A stretch of DNA of 64,000 bases. Source: a candidate division WOR-3 bacterium (GTDB lineage Bacteria > Hydrothermota > Hydrothermia > LBFQ01). The stretch is from assembly GCA_027050205.1 (NCBI GenBank), contig JALUCS010000126.1:1-64000 (forward strand). The letters are read 5' to 3'. The notes beneath the pieces are model-generated. The model did not search any database, had not been told where the DNA came from, and saw only the letters and a program-made list of their open reading frames with translations. Position 1 is the first letter of the stretch. Each line of letters begins with the position of its first letter. Position numbers and translations under genes: made by a program. Shown here piece by piece: positions 19,414 to 29,671 of the stretch.

Positions 19414-22134
19414 ATGGCCAAAAAGACGGTGTACTTCTTCGGCAACGGTGTAGCCGAAGGCCACGGTCTCGGAAAGGACCTCCTCGGAGGTAAGGGCCAC
19501 GGTCTGCACGAGATGACCCACGCCGGCCTGCCCGTTCCCCCCGGCTTCACGATAACGACGGAGGTATGCCGGTACTACTACGCTCATAACAGGCAGTTCC
19601 CTCCCGGCCTGAAGGATGAGGTCCTCCAGAACCTGAAGAGGGTTGAGGAGGCCAAGGGGCAGAAGTTCGGCGACCCCCACAACCCCCTGCTGGTCTCCGT
19701 CCGCTCCGGCGCCCCCGTCTCCATGCCCGGAATGATGGACACCATCCTGAACCTCGGCCTGAACGACGAGACGGTGAAGGGCCTCGCCGAGATGGCCAAC
19801 GAGAGGTTCGCCTACGACTCCTACAGGCGATTCCTCCAGATGTTCGGCAAGGTCGTCCTCAAGATAGACGATAAGCTCTTTGACAGGGAGCTGGAGGCCG
19901 TAAAGGAGAGGAAGGCGAAGGAGTTGGGTAAAAGTGCGAAGGAGGTTAAGGACACCGACCTGACGGCCGAGGACTGGAAGGAGGTCGTGGAGAGGTTCAA
20001 GGAGGTCATAAGGAAGGAGACCGGATCAGACTTCCCGCAGGACCCCTACCAGCAGCTCTGGATGGCCATAAAGGCCGTCTTTGACTCCTGGAACAACCCA
20101 AGAGCCATAGAGTACCGGAGGATTGAGGGGATACCCGACGACCTCGGAACGGCCTGCAACGTCGTGGCCATGGTCTTCGGCAACCTCGGGGACGACAGCG
20201 GTACGGGGGTGATGTTTACGAGGGACCCCAACACCGGCGAGAAGCGGGTCTACGGTGAGTTCCTCCCTAATGCCCAGGGTGAGGACATCGTGGCGGGTAT
20301 CCGTACCCCCATGCCCCTTTCCAAGAGGGACAAGAAGGACCCCAACCAACTTTCCCTTGAGGAGTGGGACCCCAACGTCTATAAGGAACTCCTTGAGCTG
20401 GCCGATAAGCTGGAGAGGTACTACAAGGACATGCAGGACATAGAGTTCACCATAGAGCGGAAGAAGGTGTGGCTCCTCCAGACCCGCCGCGGTAAACGCA
20501 CACCCAAGGCCGAGGTGAAGATAGCCGTTGATATGGCCAAGGAGGGCCTCATAACCAGGGAAGAGGCCATAATGCGGGTGGACCCCTACAGGTTTGAGCA
20601 GGTCCTCCACCCCTACATAGACGAGAAGGTCGTTGAAAAGCAACTCGGATACGTCCCCGTCATAGCCCATGGGATAGCCGCCTCCCCCGGTGCGGCGACC
20701 GGTAAGGTGGTCTTCCACCCGGACAAGGCTCACGAGATGGCGGAGAAGGGTGAGAAGGTAATACTGGTGAGGGTTGAGACCTCCCCGGAGGACATCAAGG
20801 GTATGGCCGCAGCCGTCGGTATCCTGACGGGGAGGGGTGGCGCCCTGTCCCACGCCGCCGTGGTGGCCAGGGGTATGGGTAAGCCCGCCGTCGTCGGCGC
20901 CGAGATGTTGGACATCTACGAGGACGAGGGCTACTTCAAGGTGAGCGGAGAACACACCTACAACGGCAAAGAGGTTGTGGTGCGCGAGGGGGACGTCATC
21001 ACCATAGACGGCGGTAGCGGTAAGGTCTATCTGGGGGATATACCGAAGGTAGAGCCGGAGCTGGGCGGTGAGGTGGCGGAGCTGCTTGAGTGGGCGGACG
21101 AGGTCCGGAAGGGCAAGCTCGGTGTGAGGGCCAACGCCGACACGCCAGAGGACGCCCGCAGGGCGAGGGAGTTCGGGGCGGAGGGTATAGGTCTCGCCCG
21201 CACGGAGCATATGTTCTTCGCCGAGGACAGGATAAGGGACTTCCGTACGATGATCCTCTTCGCCTCAAGGAAGGGGGAGAGGTACGAGGAGGCCAAGGAG
21301 AGGATAAAGTCCTATCAGGCTGAAGACTTCTACGGCCTCTTGAAGGAGATGGACGACCTCCCGGTGATAATCCGCCTCTTAGATCCTCCCCTCCACGAGT
21401 TCCTCCCCAAGACGGAGGACCAGATTAAAGAGACGGCGGAGTACGCCGGGGTATCCGAGGAGGAGATCAGGAGGTTAGTTGAGGCCACCCACGAGGCCAA
21501 CCCGATGCTAGGACACAGGGGCGTTAGGCTGGCCATCACCTACCCCGACATCTACGCCATGCAGACGGAGGCCGTGGCCGAGGCCTACCTGAAGCTCAAA
21601 AACGAGGGCTATAACCCCAAACCCAAGATAATGCTCCCCTTAGTGGCCTTCGCCTCGGAGATGGAGAAGGTGCGGGAGATAGTGGAAGGGGTGCTTGAGA
21701 GGTACGGCCTGAAGGGGAAGGTTGAGGTCGGGACGATGATTGAGCTGCCAAGGGCGGCGGTTAAAGGGGACGAGATAGCCCGCTACGCCGACTTCTTCTC
21801 CTTCGGGACGAACGACCTCACCCAGACGACCCTCGGATTCTCAAGGGACGACGCCGGTAAGTTCCTGCCGGAGTACATAGAGAAGGGCCTCCTTGAGGAC
21901 GACCCCTTCAAGACGGTGGACGACGCCGTGGTGGCCTTGGTGGAGATGGGGACGTCCAAGGGTAAGTGTGAGAAGGACAACCTTGAGGTGGGGGTGTGCG
22001 GTGAGCATGGCGGGGACCCCAAGAGCATACGGAAGTTCTATAAGGCGGGGGTTGATTACGTGAGCGCCTCCCCCTTCAGGGTGCCGGTGGCCCGTCTTGC
22101 GGCCGCCCAGGCCGTACTCGGTGAGAGATGCTGA
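19414..22134 (+). CDS. ppdK: Pyruvate, phosphate dikinase
   Basis: LLGGKG, VSVRSGA..SMPGMMDT.LNLG, GG..SHAAVVARG (phospho-His), FSFGTNDLTQ, GVCGEHGG; start reset to ATG 19414 (MAKKTVYFFG). Confidence 0.97.
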   Translation: MAKKTVYFFGNGVAEGHGLGKDLLGGKGHGLHEMTHAGLPVPPGFTITTEVCRYYYAHNRQFPPGLKDEVLQNLKRVEEAKGQKFGDPHNPLLVSVRSGAPVSMPGMMDTILNLGLNDETVKGLAEMANERFAYDSYRRFLQMFGKVVLKIDDKLFDRELEAVKERKAKELGKSAKEVKDTDLTAEDWKEVVERFKEVIRKETGSDFPQDPYQQLWMAIKAVFDSWNNPRAIEYRRIEGIPDDLGTACNVVAMVFGNLGDDSGTGVMFTRDPNTGEKRVYGEFLPNAQGEDIVAGIRTPMPLSKRDKKDPNQLSLEEWDPNVYKELLELADKLERYYKDMQDIEFTIERKKVWLLQTRRGKRTPKAEVKIAVDMAKEGLITREEAIMRVDPYRFEQVLHPYIDEKVVEKQLGYVPVIAHGIAASPGAATGKVVFHPDKAHEMAEKGEKVILVRVETSPEDIKGMAAAVGILTGRGGALSHAAVVARGMGKPAVVGAEMLDIYEDEGYFKVSGEHTYNGKEVVVREGDVITIDGGSGKVYLGDIPKVEPELGGEVAELLEWADEVRKGKLGVRANADTPEDARRAREFGAEGIGLARTEHMFFAEDRIRDFRTMILFASRKGERYEEAKERIKSYQAEDFYGLLKEMDDLPVIIRLLDPPLHEFLPKTEDQIKETAEYAGVSEEEIRRLVEATHEANPMLGHRGVRLAITYPDIYAMQTEAVAEAYLKLKNEGYNPKPKIMLPLVAFASEMEKVREIVEGVLERYGLKGKVEVGTMIELPRAAVKGDEIARYADFFSFGTNDLTQTTLGFSRDDAGKFLPEYIEKGLLEDDPFKTVDDAVVALVEMGTSKGKCEKDNLEVGVCGEHGGDPKSIRKFYKAGVDYVSASPFRVPVARLAAAQAVLGERC

Positions 22135-23417
22135 TAAGACTGAAGGCCCGCAGGTACCGAAGCCTGCGGTGGGTGGACGTACCTGTGGGCCACTTTAACG
22201 TCCTGATAGGGCCGAACGCCTCCGGTAAGAGCAACTTCCTTGACGTCCTCCTCTTCATAAAGGATATGATAACCTCCGAGGATGGGGTTATGGGGGCGGT
22301 GCGGAGGCGGGCGCCCGACTTCTCCCACCTCGTATGGATGATGGAGGACGTAGGGGAGGGTTTTGAGTTCGTCGTGGAGTACGAGCTGCCGGAGGAGTAC
22401 AAGGTGAGAACCAAGGATAAGCGGGGTAAGGAGAGGCTCTACGACAGGATAAAGTACATGCTGAAGGTGGGAACGGGGGAGTACGGCCCCGCTCCCGTCA
22501 GGGAACACCTCTATCTGGTGGATAGCTCCTCCACCGAAGAACCGCCTCCGAAACGGGACTTTTTCCCCCAGACGCTCCCGGACAGGCCCCTTATTGACAC
22601 TACGAAGAAGAAGGTAAGGACGCCGGTAGGACACAGGATAGTGGCCCGGAGGCCGAAGTACGGCCCAGGGGTCTATATGAGGTCGGAGCGGGGTTCCAGA
22701 CCCTTCAACATAACCCTTAGCATAAACCCCCGTAAGTCCGTCCTCTCCGTCCTTTTGGAGGACGAGCGGAGGTTCAGGACCTCGCTGTGGTTCAGGAACG
22801 TACTGAAGAACTCCCTCCTCTTCGTCCATCTAAACGTTGAGAGGATGAGGCGTCCGACCCCACCGAGCGCCCCCACCACCTTCCAGCCCGACGGCTCCAA
22901 CCTCCCCACCGTCCTGTTGGACCTGAAGGACAACTACCCCCGGAGGTTTAAGTGGTACGTCTCGCATGTCAGCTCCGCCCTGAAGGACGTTGAGGATATT
23001 GAGATTCAACGCAGACCGGAGGATAACTTCCTGTACGTCGTCCTCCGCTACAGGTACGGTCTGAAGGCCCCATCGTGGGTACTGTCCGACGGTACCCTCC
23101 GGTTCCTCGCCCTTAGCGTCATCCCCTTCCTCCCACCCCAGAGCCGCATATTCCTCATAGAGGAGCCGGAGAACGGGATACACCCCCGCGCCGTAAGCAG
23201 CCTGTTGGAGGTACTCAAAGGCCCGTCCGACAACCAGATATTCGTAGCCACCCACTCCCCCCTGATACTCCGTCAGATGCAGCCGAAGGACATCCTCGTC
23301 TTCAGGAAAACCGAGGATGGGGCCACGGACATAGTGAGGGGGACGGAGCATCCGGCCCTCCGGAGGTGGAGGGAGGAGGTTCCCCTTGATAAGTTGGTGG
23401 TGAGCGGTATCCTATGA
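22128..23417 (+). CDS. ABC/AAA_21-type ATPase, MAD3-like
   Basis: Walker A GPNASGKS, signature LSDG, Walker B LIEEPENGIHP, H-loop ATHSP. Confidence 0.85.
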   Translation: MLIRLKARRYRSLRWVDVPVGHFNVLIGPNASGKSNFLDVLLFIKDMITSEDGVMGAVRRRAPDFSHLVWMMEDVGEGFEFVVEYELPEEYKVRTKDKRGKERLYDRIKYMLKVGTGEYGPAPVREHLYLVDSSSTEEPPPKRDFFPQTLPDRPLIDTTKKKVRTPVGHRIVARRPKYGPGVYMRSERGSRPFNITLSINPRKSVLSVLLEDERRFRTSLWFRNVLKNSLLFVHLNVERMRRPTPPSAPTTFQPDGSNLPTVLLDLKDNYPRRFKWYVSHVSSALKDVEDIEIQRRPEDNFLYVVLRYRYGLKAPSWVLSDGTLRFLALSVIPFLPPQSRIFLIEEPENGIHPRAVSSLLEVLKGPSDNQIFVATHSPLILRQMQPKDILVFRKTEDGATDIVRGTEHPALRRWREEVPLDKLVVSGIL

Positions 23418-24031
23418 GCGAGTACGACGTCGTCATACTCGTGGCGGACTCCCACGCGGAGGTCTTTGTGGACGTCCTGCTTAAGGAGAAGAGGGAGGCG
23501 ATCGGTGTTGGCCCCATCAGGTACGAGGTGATCGTCCACTACGAGAGCGATCCGGGGGTATTCAAGAACCCGTACGAGCTTCTACGGGCCTATCAGGGCA
23601 GGGCGAGGAAGGTCCTGGTGATGTTGGACGAGGAGTGGAGCGGTTCCCCGGGTAAGGGGGAGATTGAAAAGCGCATCAAGGAACTGATCCTCAGGAACAC
23701 CACATGGGGGGCGGAGGACATAGAGGTCGTAGTCCTGTCGCCGGAGATAGAAGTTTGGGCCTGGTACGACACATGGAGGCTCACGTGGGCTTTGGGGGTT
23801 GATAGGCGGATCGTAGAGGACTGCCGTAAGGAGTACGGGGTGAGGGAGGACGGGAAGCCCGTCAGACCCAAGGAGGCTCTGGAGTGTATATCTAACAACG
23901 GAGGGCCGCCCTACGGTGGAGGTATGTTGAGGCTCATAGCCCAGCGTGTAAGTAGGAGGGTGGCCAAGGCGTGCAGGGACGAGGGGTTCGGGAGGTTCGT
24001 TGAGTTCTTGAGGGCGGTAGGAAAAAGGTAA
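23414..24031 (+). CDS. MAD4 / DUF4276-like TOPRIM-fold partner of the ATPase
   Basis: VILVAD, H.ESDPG, LVMLD.E.SG, PEIEVW, P.RPKEA, C.D..F..F motifs; ATGA overlap with ATPase; family assignment from memory. Confidence 0.7.
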   Translation: MSEYDVVILVADSHAEVFVDVLLKEKREAIGVGPIRYEVIVHYESDPGVFKNPYELLRAYQGRARKVLVMLDEEWSGSPGKGEIEKRIKELILRNTTWGAEDIEVVVLSPEIEVWAWYDTWRLTWALGVDRRIVEDCRKEYGVREDGKPVRPKEALECISNNGGPPYGGGMLRLIAQRVSRRVAKACRDEGFGRFVEFLRAVGKR

Positions 24032-24094
24032 GGGTCCCCGCCCTACCCTATCCGTTTTTAAAAAACCCACCTTTCGGGAGTAGAATCGCCACCT

Positions 24095-26134
24095 ATGGTG
24101 GAAACTCTCCTCTTGAGCGCGGTGGCTCTCGGCGTTCTCGGATTCCTCGCCGCTATCGCCACCTACTACTACATAGGGAGTCTCCCCGGTGGAGAGGGGA
24201 AGATGGTGGAGTACGCTGCGGCCATCCGTAAGGGTGCCTTCGTATTCCTCCGCCGTGAGTACATCTACATCAGTATATTCGTAGTAATCGTATTCCTCGT
24301 CCTGACCTTCGCCATCAAACCCATGGTCGGTGTGGCCTACCTGACGGGCGCCCTCTTCTCCCTCCTCGCTGGCTTCGTCGGGATGGCTGCCGCCACCCTC
24401 GCCAACGTCCGCACGGCCTACGTGGCCTACAAGACCAAGAACGCCGGCGACACCCTCTCCGTGGCCTTCAAAGGTGGCTCCGTGATGGGAATAACCGTCG
24501 CCGCCCTCGGTCTCCTTGGCGTCGCCTTCTGGTACTGGCTCACGAAGGATGCGGCGGTCTTGAGCGGCTTCGGTATGGGTGCCTCCTCGGTCGCCCTCTT
24601 CGCCCGCGTGGGCGGTGGGATATACACCAAGGCGGCCGATGTCGGTGCGGACCTGGTGGGTAAGGTGGAGGCCGGGATACCGGAGGACGACCCTCGCAAC
24701 CCCGCCGTCATAGCCGACAACGTTGGAGATAACGTCGGAGACACGGCCGGGATGGGTGCCGACCTCTACGAGTCCTACGTTGGCAGCATGGTGGCCACCG
24801 TCGCCATAGCCCTCGCCGGCTCCTTCTCCCTCTCCAACATGAAGTTAGAGTACGGCGCCCTCCCCATAATCCTCGCCGCCCTCGGCCTCGTGGTCTCCCT
24901 GATAGCCGTGTATGCCATTGACCTCTTCAAGAAGGCCGACCCGCAGACGGCCATAAGGAACGCCACCATAACCGCCGCCGTCCTCTTCGTTATCGGGGCG
25001 TACTTCGTCAACCAGGTCGTCGTCGGCAGCATCGGTACGTGGCTGGCCGTGGTCGGTGGCCTGGTGGCCGGTCTCCTGATAGGTTTTGAGAGCGAATACT
25101 ACACCTCCGGAAGCCCCATCAAGTTCATAGCAGAGTCGGCCAAGTTCGGGCCGGCGACCGTGATAATAAACGGCGTAGCCGTCGGATACGAGTCGGTGGT
25201 CCTACCCTTCATAACCATAGCCGCCGCCATCCTCTTCGGCTACTTCTCCGCGGAGGTCTGGGGTGCGCCCGGTCTCGGCATCTACGGTGTGGCCCTCGCC
25301 GCAGTAGGTATGCTGGCCACCGTCGGCATAGTGATGACCACGGACTCCTACGGCCCCATAGCCGACAACGCCGGCGGGATAACGGAGATGGCCCACCTCG
25401 GTGAGGACGTGAGGGCCATAACCGACAAGTTGGACGCCCTCGGCAACACCACGGCCGCCATAGGTAAGGGTTTCGCCATAGGTTCCGCCGCCCTGGCCGC
25501 CCTCGCCCTCCTGGTGGCATACACCGAGACGGTAGGGCTTGAGGCCCTGGACTTCACCAAGGTGGAGAGCGTCGCCGGGGCCTTCCTCGGAGCGGCCATG
25601 CCCGCCCTAATAGCGGCTATGACCCTCAAGGCCGTGGGTAGGGCCGCCAACAGGATGGTGGCGGAGGTGCGCCGCCAGTTCAAGGAGCTGAAGCTCCTAA
25701 CCGACCCCAACGCCAAGCCCCAGTACGACAAGGCCATAGACATCGTCACCCAGGCCGCCATAAGGGAGATGATCCTGCCGGGCGTCTCGGCCGTCCTCGC
25801 TCCCCTCATCGTCGGCTGGCTCCTCGGCACGGAGGCCCTCGGTTTCTTCTTGGGTGCCGCTCTCTTAGTGGGAGCCTTGATAGCCATCTTCATGGCCAAC
25901 ACCGGTGGGGCCTGGGACAACGCCAAGAAGTACATAGAGGCCGGGAACTTCGGCGGTAAGGGGTCCGACGCCCACAAGGCCGCCGTCGTCGGCGACACCG
26001 TTGGCGACCCCTTCAAGGACACCACCGGTCCCTCAATGAACATCCTCATCAAGCTCATGTCCATCGTCTCCCTCGTCTTCGGTCCCCTCATCCACCAGTA
26101 CGGCGGCGTCCTCCTCAAGTTCTTCACCCACTGA
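24095..26134 (+). CDS. hppA: Membrane-bound pyrophosphatase, K+-dependent type (probably Na+-translocating)
   Basis: [35 protein letters not shown] (Ala indicates K+-dependent), [10 protein letters not shown]. Confidence 0.96.
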   Translation: MVETLLLSAVALGVLGFLAAIATYYYIGSLPGGEGKMVEYAAAIRKGAFVFLRREYIYISIFVVIVFLVLTFAIKPMVGVAYLTGALFSLLAGFVGMAAATLANVRTAYVAYKTKNAGDTLSVAFKGGSVMGITVAALGLLGVAFWYWLTKDAAVLSGFGMGASSVALFARVGGGIYTKAADVGADLVGKVEAGIPEDDPRNPAVIADNVGDNVGDTAGMGADLYESYVGSMVATVAIALAGSFSLSNMKLEYGALPIILAALGLVVSLIAVYAIDLFKKADPQTAIRNATITAAVLFVIGAYFVNQVVVGSIGTWLAVVGGLVAGLLIGFESEYYTSGSPIKFIAESAKFGPATVIINGVAVGYESVVLPFITIAAAILFGYFSAEVWGAPGLGIYGVALAAVGMLATVGIVMTTDSYGPIADNAGGITEMAHLGEDVRAITDKLDALGNTTAAIGKGFAIGSAALAALALLVAYTETVGLEALDFTKVESVAGAFLGAAMPALIAAMTLKAVGRAANRMVAEVRRQFKELKLLTDPNAKPQYDKAIDIVTQAAIREMILPGVSAVLAPLIVGWLLGTEALGFFLGAALLVGALIAIFMANTGGAWDNAKKYIEAGNFGGKGSDAHKAAVVGDTVGDPFKDTTGPSMNILIKLMSIVSLVFGPLIHQYGGVLLKFFTH

Positions 26135-26151
26135 AGGTAGTACCGGAAAGT

Positions 26152-26182
26152 AAGGGGCGGGGCCCCGTCCCCGCCCTTTTTT
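26152..26182 (+). terminator. Intrinsic terminator after hppA
   Basis: gggcgggg-loop-ccccgccc stem followed by TTTTTT. Confidence 0.8.
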
Positions 26183-26219
26183 ATTTCAACCGCAACCAGA
26201 ACGCTCTTAAAATCCCCGT

Positions 26220-26960
26220 ATGAAGACCCTCATCCTCGGAGCCAACTCCGCCATAGCCAAGGCGGTGGCCGAGATCCTCGCCGGGAAGGGGGAAGAGCTC
26301 TATCTGGCCAGCCGGAACTACGAGGAGACGGAGAGGTTCGCCTCCCACCTACGCGTAAAGTACGGTGTGAAGACCTACGCTGACCGCTTTGACGCTATGG
26401 ATTACGACTCCCACGGCCCGTTCTTCCGCAAGGTACTGAAGGAGATGGGGGAGATAGACAGGGTTCTGATAGCCTTCGGCTACCTCGGGGATCAGGAGAG
26501 GGCGGTCAGGGACTTCTCCGAGGCCAGGAGGATAATTGAGATAAACTACCTTGGAGCCGTTTCCATCCTCACCCACATCGTACCCTATATGGAGGAGAGG
26601 GGGAAGGGTACCATAGCCGCCATATCCTCCGTCGCCGGGGACAGGGGAAGGGGCAGCAACTTCACGTACGGGAGTGCCAAGGGAGCCTTGAGCATATACC
26701 TAAGCGGACTCCGGAACAGGCTGTATAGGAAAGGGGTCCGGGTCGTTACCATCAAACCGGGCTTCGTGGCCACCCCTATGACCGCCCACCTTGACCTTCC
26801 GAAGAGGCTCGTATCCAAACCGGAGAGGGTAGCGAGGGACATCGTGATGGCCATAGAGAAGGGGAAGGACGAGGTATATACGCCCGGCTACTGGCGGTTC
26901 ATAATGTGGGTGATAAAGGCCATACCGGAGCCGATCTTCAAGCGACTGAACCTCCGTTAG
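26220..26960 (+). CDS. SDR oxidoreductase (DprE2-like)
   Basis: ILGANSAIA, ISSVAGDRGR.SNFTYGSAK (YxxxK), KPGFV.T.MT. Confidence 0.88.
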   Translation: MKTLILGANSAIAKAVAEILAGKGEELYLASRNYEETERFASHLRVKYGVKTYADRFDAMDYDSHGPFFRKVLKEMGEIDRVLIAFGYLGDQERAVRDFSEARRIIEINYLGAVSILTHIVPYMEERGKGTIAAISSVAGDRGRGSNFTYGSAKGALSIYLSGLRNRLYRKGVRVVTIKPGFVATPMTAHLDLPKRLVSKPERVARDIVMAIEKGKDEVYTPGYWRFIMWVIKAIPEPIFKRLNLR

Positions 26961-27856
26961 GCCTCTACGGTTGAGTACTCCGGATTCCAGACGGCAAGTA
27001 GGTGGAGGAAGGGGTTGGGCAGGTACCTCCGGTAGCCGGTTTCGGTGTCCCTGATGGCGAGGTACAACCGGTTGAACCTGCGGTAGTCTATGGCTCCGTC
27101 CCTGTGCAGTTCCCTTAAAGCGTAGTATCCGAGTCGCAGGAGCATAGGTCCCCCCTCGTTGAGTTTCTTCAGGAGCTCCTGGGATGCGGTGAGGCTTCCG
27201 AGGGCGTACGCCTTCCAGAGGTTTATCACCCTGCGGTAGTCCCGGACGTGGGAGAGGAGCCGGAGGGCGACGCCCGGACTGTGGCCAGAGAGTTCGTAGA
27301 GGACGGGGTCCTCCTCCCCTACCACCTTTATGAAGTCCCCGTAGCTTAGGGGTGAGAACCTGACCTTCAGGGACCGGGAACGTATGGTGGGCAGGACCCG
27401 GTGGGGGTGGGAGGTTATGAGGATGAAGAGGGTACGCCTCCAGCCCTCCTCAAGGAGCTTGAGCATGGAGTTCTGGGCCTCAAGGGTGGCGTTCTCGGCG
27501 TTCATTATCACCACCACCTTACGGTTGAGGGCGACGGGGGGCCTTACCACCTCCGCCTTTATCTCCCTTATGCGGTTTATCCCGATGGTGGAGCGGGACT
27601 CGTAGAAGTCTTCGGGCCGAGGCTTCCCCGGAACGGGGGGGACGGGTGAGACGAAGAGGACATCCTGACAGGTTAGACGCCTCACCTTCTCTGCGAGTCC
27701 GTACTTTGAGGCTAGAACCTCAAGGAACTCGTAGGCGAGGGTGGCCTTCCCCACCCCCTCCGGACCCACCAGCATGAGGGTGGGGACCTCCGCACCCTCA
27801 AGGAAGCGGGAGAGGACCCGCTTGGCCACCCCCTGCCCTACCGTCCTCTCAAACAT
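26957..27856 (-). CDS. holB: DNA polymerase III delta' subunit
   Basis: GPEGVGK, AQNSMLKLLEE, LPTIRSR motifs. Confidence 0.85.
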   Translation of the reverse strand: MFERTVGQGVAKRVLSRFLEGAEVPTLMLVGPEGVGKATLAYEFLEVLASKYGLAEKVRRLTCQDVLFVSPVPPVPGKPRPEDFYESRSTIGINRIREIKAEVVRPPVALNRKVVVIMNAENATLEAQNSMLKLLEEGWRRTLFILITSHPHRVLPTIRSRSLKVRFSPLSYGDFIKVVGEEDPVLYELSGHSPGVALRLLSHVRDYRRVINLWKAYALGSLTASQELLKKLNEGGPMLLRLGYYALRELHRDGAIDYRRFNRLYLAIRDTETGYRRYLPNPFLHLLAVWNPEYSTVEA

Positions 27857-28833
27857 CACCGTCGGCCGAGTATCTCCTTGAGTTTCCTTATGCGGTCTAT
27901 CCGGTAGGGGTCTCCCCCGTACTCCACCGTAAGCCAGTAGGAAACGAAATCCCCGAACCAGATGAGGTAGAGCATCTGGGCCAGTCTGCTCTCCCCCTTC
28001 GCCCCAACGCTGTAGGCTCCGAGGACGTAGTCCCGCAGGAGGTCCTCCACTATCTCCATCCGCAACCTTACCCTCGGGTGGTCGTAGTCCGTCTTTAGGA
28101 AGACGAGCCAGGCCTTGGTATCAAGGAATTCGGGGTGGTCAAACCCCTCTATCTCGTTGTGGTTATGCTCCGGGAAGAGCATCACGTGGGCGAAGGCGTT
28201 GGCGTTCTCGTTTATCTGGTTCTTCCAGCGGACGGCCACGGAGCCGATGGAGGCGTCCGCGTATATCAGGGGCAGGCGTTTGTATATTCGGCTGGCCACC
28301 TCGTACGTGGGGGAGTCCTCACCGTCCAACTCCTCACCGTACCCCTTCAGCTCCTCCGCCGCCTTCAGGAGTTCCCCGTACTCCTCCCCTTTGATTATAC
28401 CCATCTCCCTCGCCCCGAAAGCCAGGGCCTTGAAGAGGAAGCCGAAGGCCTCCCTTGGCTGGTATCCGGAGGGTACCGTTACGACAGGCACACCGTCCCC
28501 CTTGGCCATCTCCCGCAACTTCCCCCCCGTCGTGATCACGAACCCCCTCATCCCCCTCTTCACAGCCTGCGAGTATGCCGACAGGGTCTCCTCCGTATTT
28601 CCGGAATAGCTTACGGCAACAAAGGTGTCCCCCTCACCGTAGAAGGGAGGAAGGTCGTAGTGCCGCACCGTCCTTACGTCAAGGCCGAGCCAGTCGGCGA
28701 AGAGGTCCCCCGCCGCCGCCGAGCCTCCCATGCCCATTATTACGATCCTGCCGCCCTCGTAGGGCCTGAAGGTCCCCTCCGCATCCGGCTCGTAGAGGAG
28801 CATATCCGGAAACTTCCGTATGTTCTCAACCAT
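27856..28833 (-). CDS. Bifunctional phosphoglucose/phosphomannose isomerase
   Basis: GMGGS, SYSGNTEET, RWKNQINENA, PEHNHNEI motifs. Confidence 0.93.
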   Translation of the reverse strand: MVENIRKFPDMLLYEPDAEGTFRPYEGGRIVIMGMGGSAAAGDLFADWLGLDVRTVRHYDLPPFYGEGDTFVAVSYSGNTEETLSAYSQAVKRGMRGFVITTGGKLREMAKGDGVPVVTVPSGYQPREAFGFLFKALAFGAREMGIIKGEEYGELLKAAEELKGYGEELDGEDSPTYEVASRIYKRLPLIYADASIGSVAVRWKNQINENANAFAHVMLFPEHNHNEIEGFDHPEFLDTKAWLVFLKTDYDHPRVRLRMEIVEDLLRDYVLGAYSVGAKGESRLAQMLYLIWFGDFVSYWLTVEYGGDPYRIDRIRKLKEILGRR

Positions 28834-28834
28834 G

Positions 28835-29665
28835 CTAAGATTCTACGCTGGAGCGGAGGAAGGCCACGTACTCCTCCATACACTTCAGGAAGGAGGGGGC
28901 ATCGTACCGGTACCTTGAGGAGAGTAGAACGGAGGTCCTCGGCCTTATCTCCATACCGGGGCCGGGAGAGCGGAGGAGGATCCTGGACCTGGAGCCGAGG
29001 GCGTCCCCTAAGAGTACGGCGGCCTTAAAGGGGGTCGTGGGGAAGCGGCCGGTTACGTGGTATACGCCTCCGGGGACCTCCCCCTCCAACATCTCAAAGA
29101 TGACCCGTGCGAGGAAGGGGGCGTAGGTGGGGGAAGAGAGCTGTCCGTCGTGGGCCTTCACCTCCTCACCCTTGAGGAGCATTGAGGGGAGGCGGCTGAA
29201 GAAGTTCCTCCCCCCCGGACCGTAGAGCCACGAGGTCCTTATCACGATGGCGTCGGGGTTCTCCTCCAGAACGTACCTCTCGCCGAGGAGCTTGGTCTTT
29301 CCGTAGACCCCCAGGGGTTGGGGGTAGTCGTCCTCGTAGTAGAAGCCAACCCTACCGTCAAAGACGTAGTCCGTGGATACGTGTACGAGCCTTACCCCCA
29401 TCTCCCGGCTTACCCTCGCCAACACCTTGGGGAAGTCCGCATTCACCAGGGTGGCCTCAACCGGATTCCCCTCCGCACCGTCTACGTCCGTGTACGCGGC
29501 GGCGTTTATGACCACCTTCAGCTCCCGTAGGAACTTCCGCAGGTACCTCTCTACGCCCCCTACGTTCCTAAGGTCAAAATCCCTCCTTGAGTGAAACTTG
29601 ATTACGGGGAGTACCTCCCGGAGCGCCCTACCGAGGGTCCCCGTACCTCCTATTACACCTATCAC
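28835..29665 (-). CDS. rfbD: dTDP-4-dehydrorhamnose reductase
   Basis: NAAAYT.VD.AE, STDYVFDG, YGKTKL.GE, RTSWLYG. Confidence 0.92.
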   Translation of the reverse strand: MIGVIGGTGTLGRALREVLPVIKFHSRRDFDLRNVGGVERYLRKFLRELKVVINAAAYTDVDGAEGNPVEATLVNADFPKVLARVSREMGVRLVHVSTDYVFDGRVGFYYEDDYPQPLGVYGKTKLLGERYVLEENPDAIVIRTSWLYGPGGRNFFSRLPSMLLKGEEVKAHDGQLSSPTYAPFLARVIFEMLEGEVPGGVYHVTGRFPTTPFKAAVLLGDALGSRSRILLRSPGPGMEIRPRTSVLLSSRYRYDAPSFLKCMEEYVAFLRSSVES

Positions 29666-29671
29666 GCCCCG

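Noticed and set aside
20026..21210. Long antisense and alternate-frame ORFs (also 33446-34489, 25348-26127, 28135-29028, 424-966 and many others)
   Set aside because: Shadow ORFs of well-supported genes in GC-rich DNA, with no recognisable motifs
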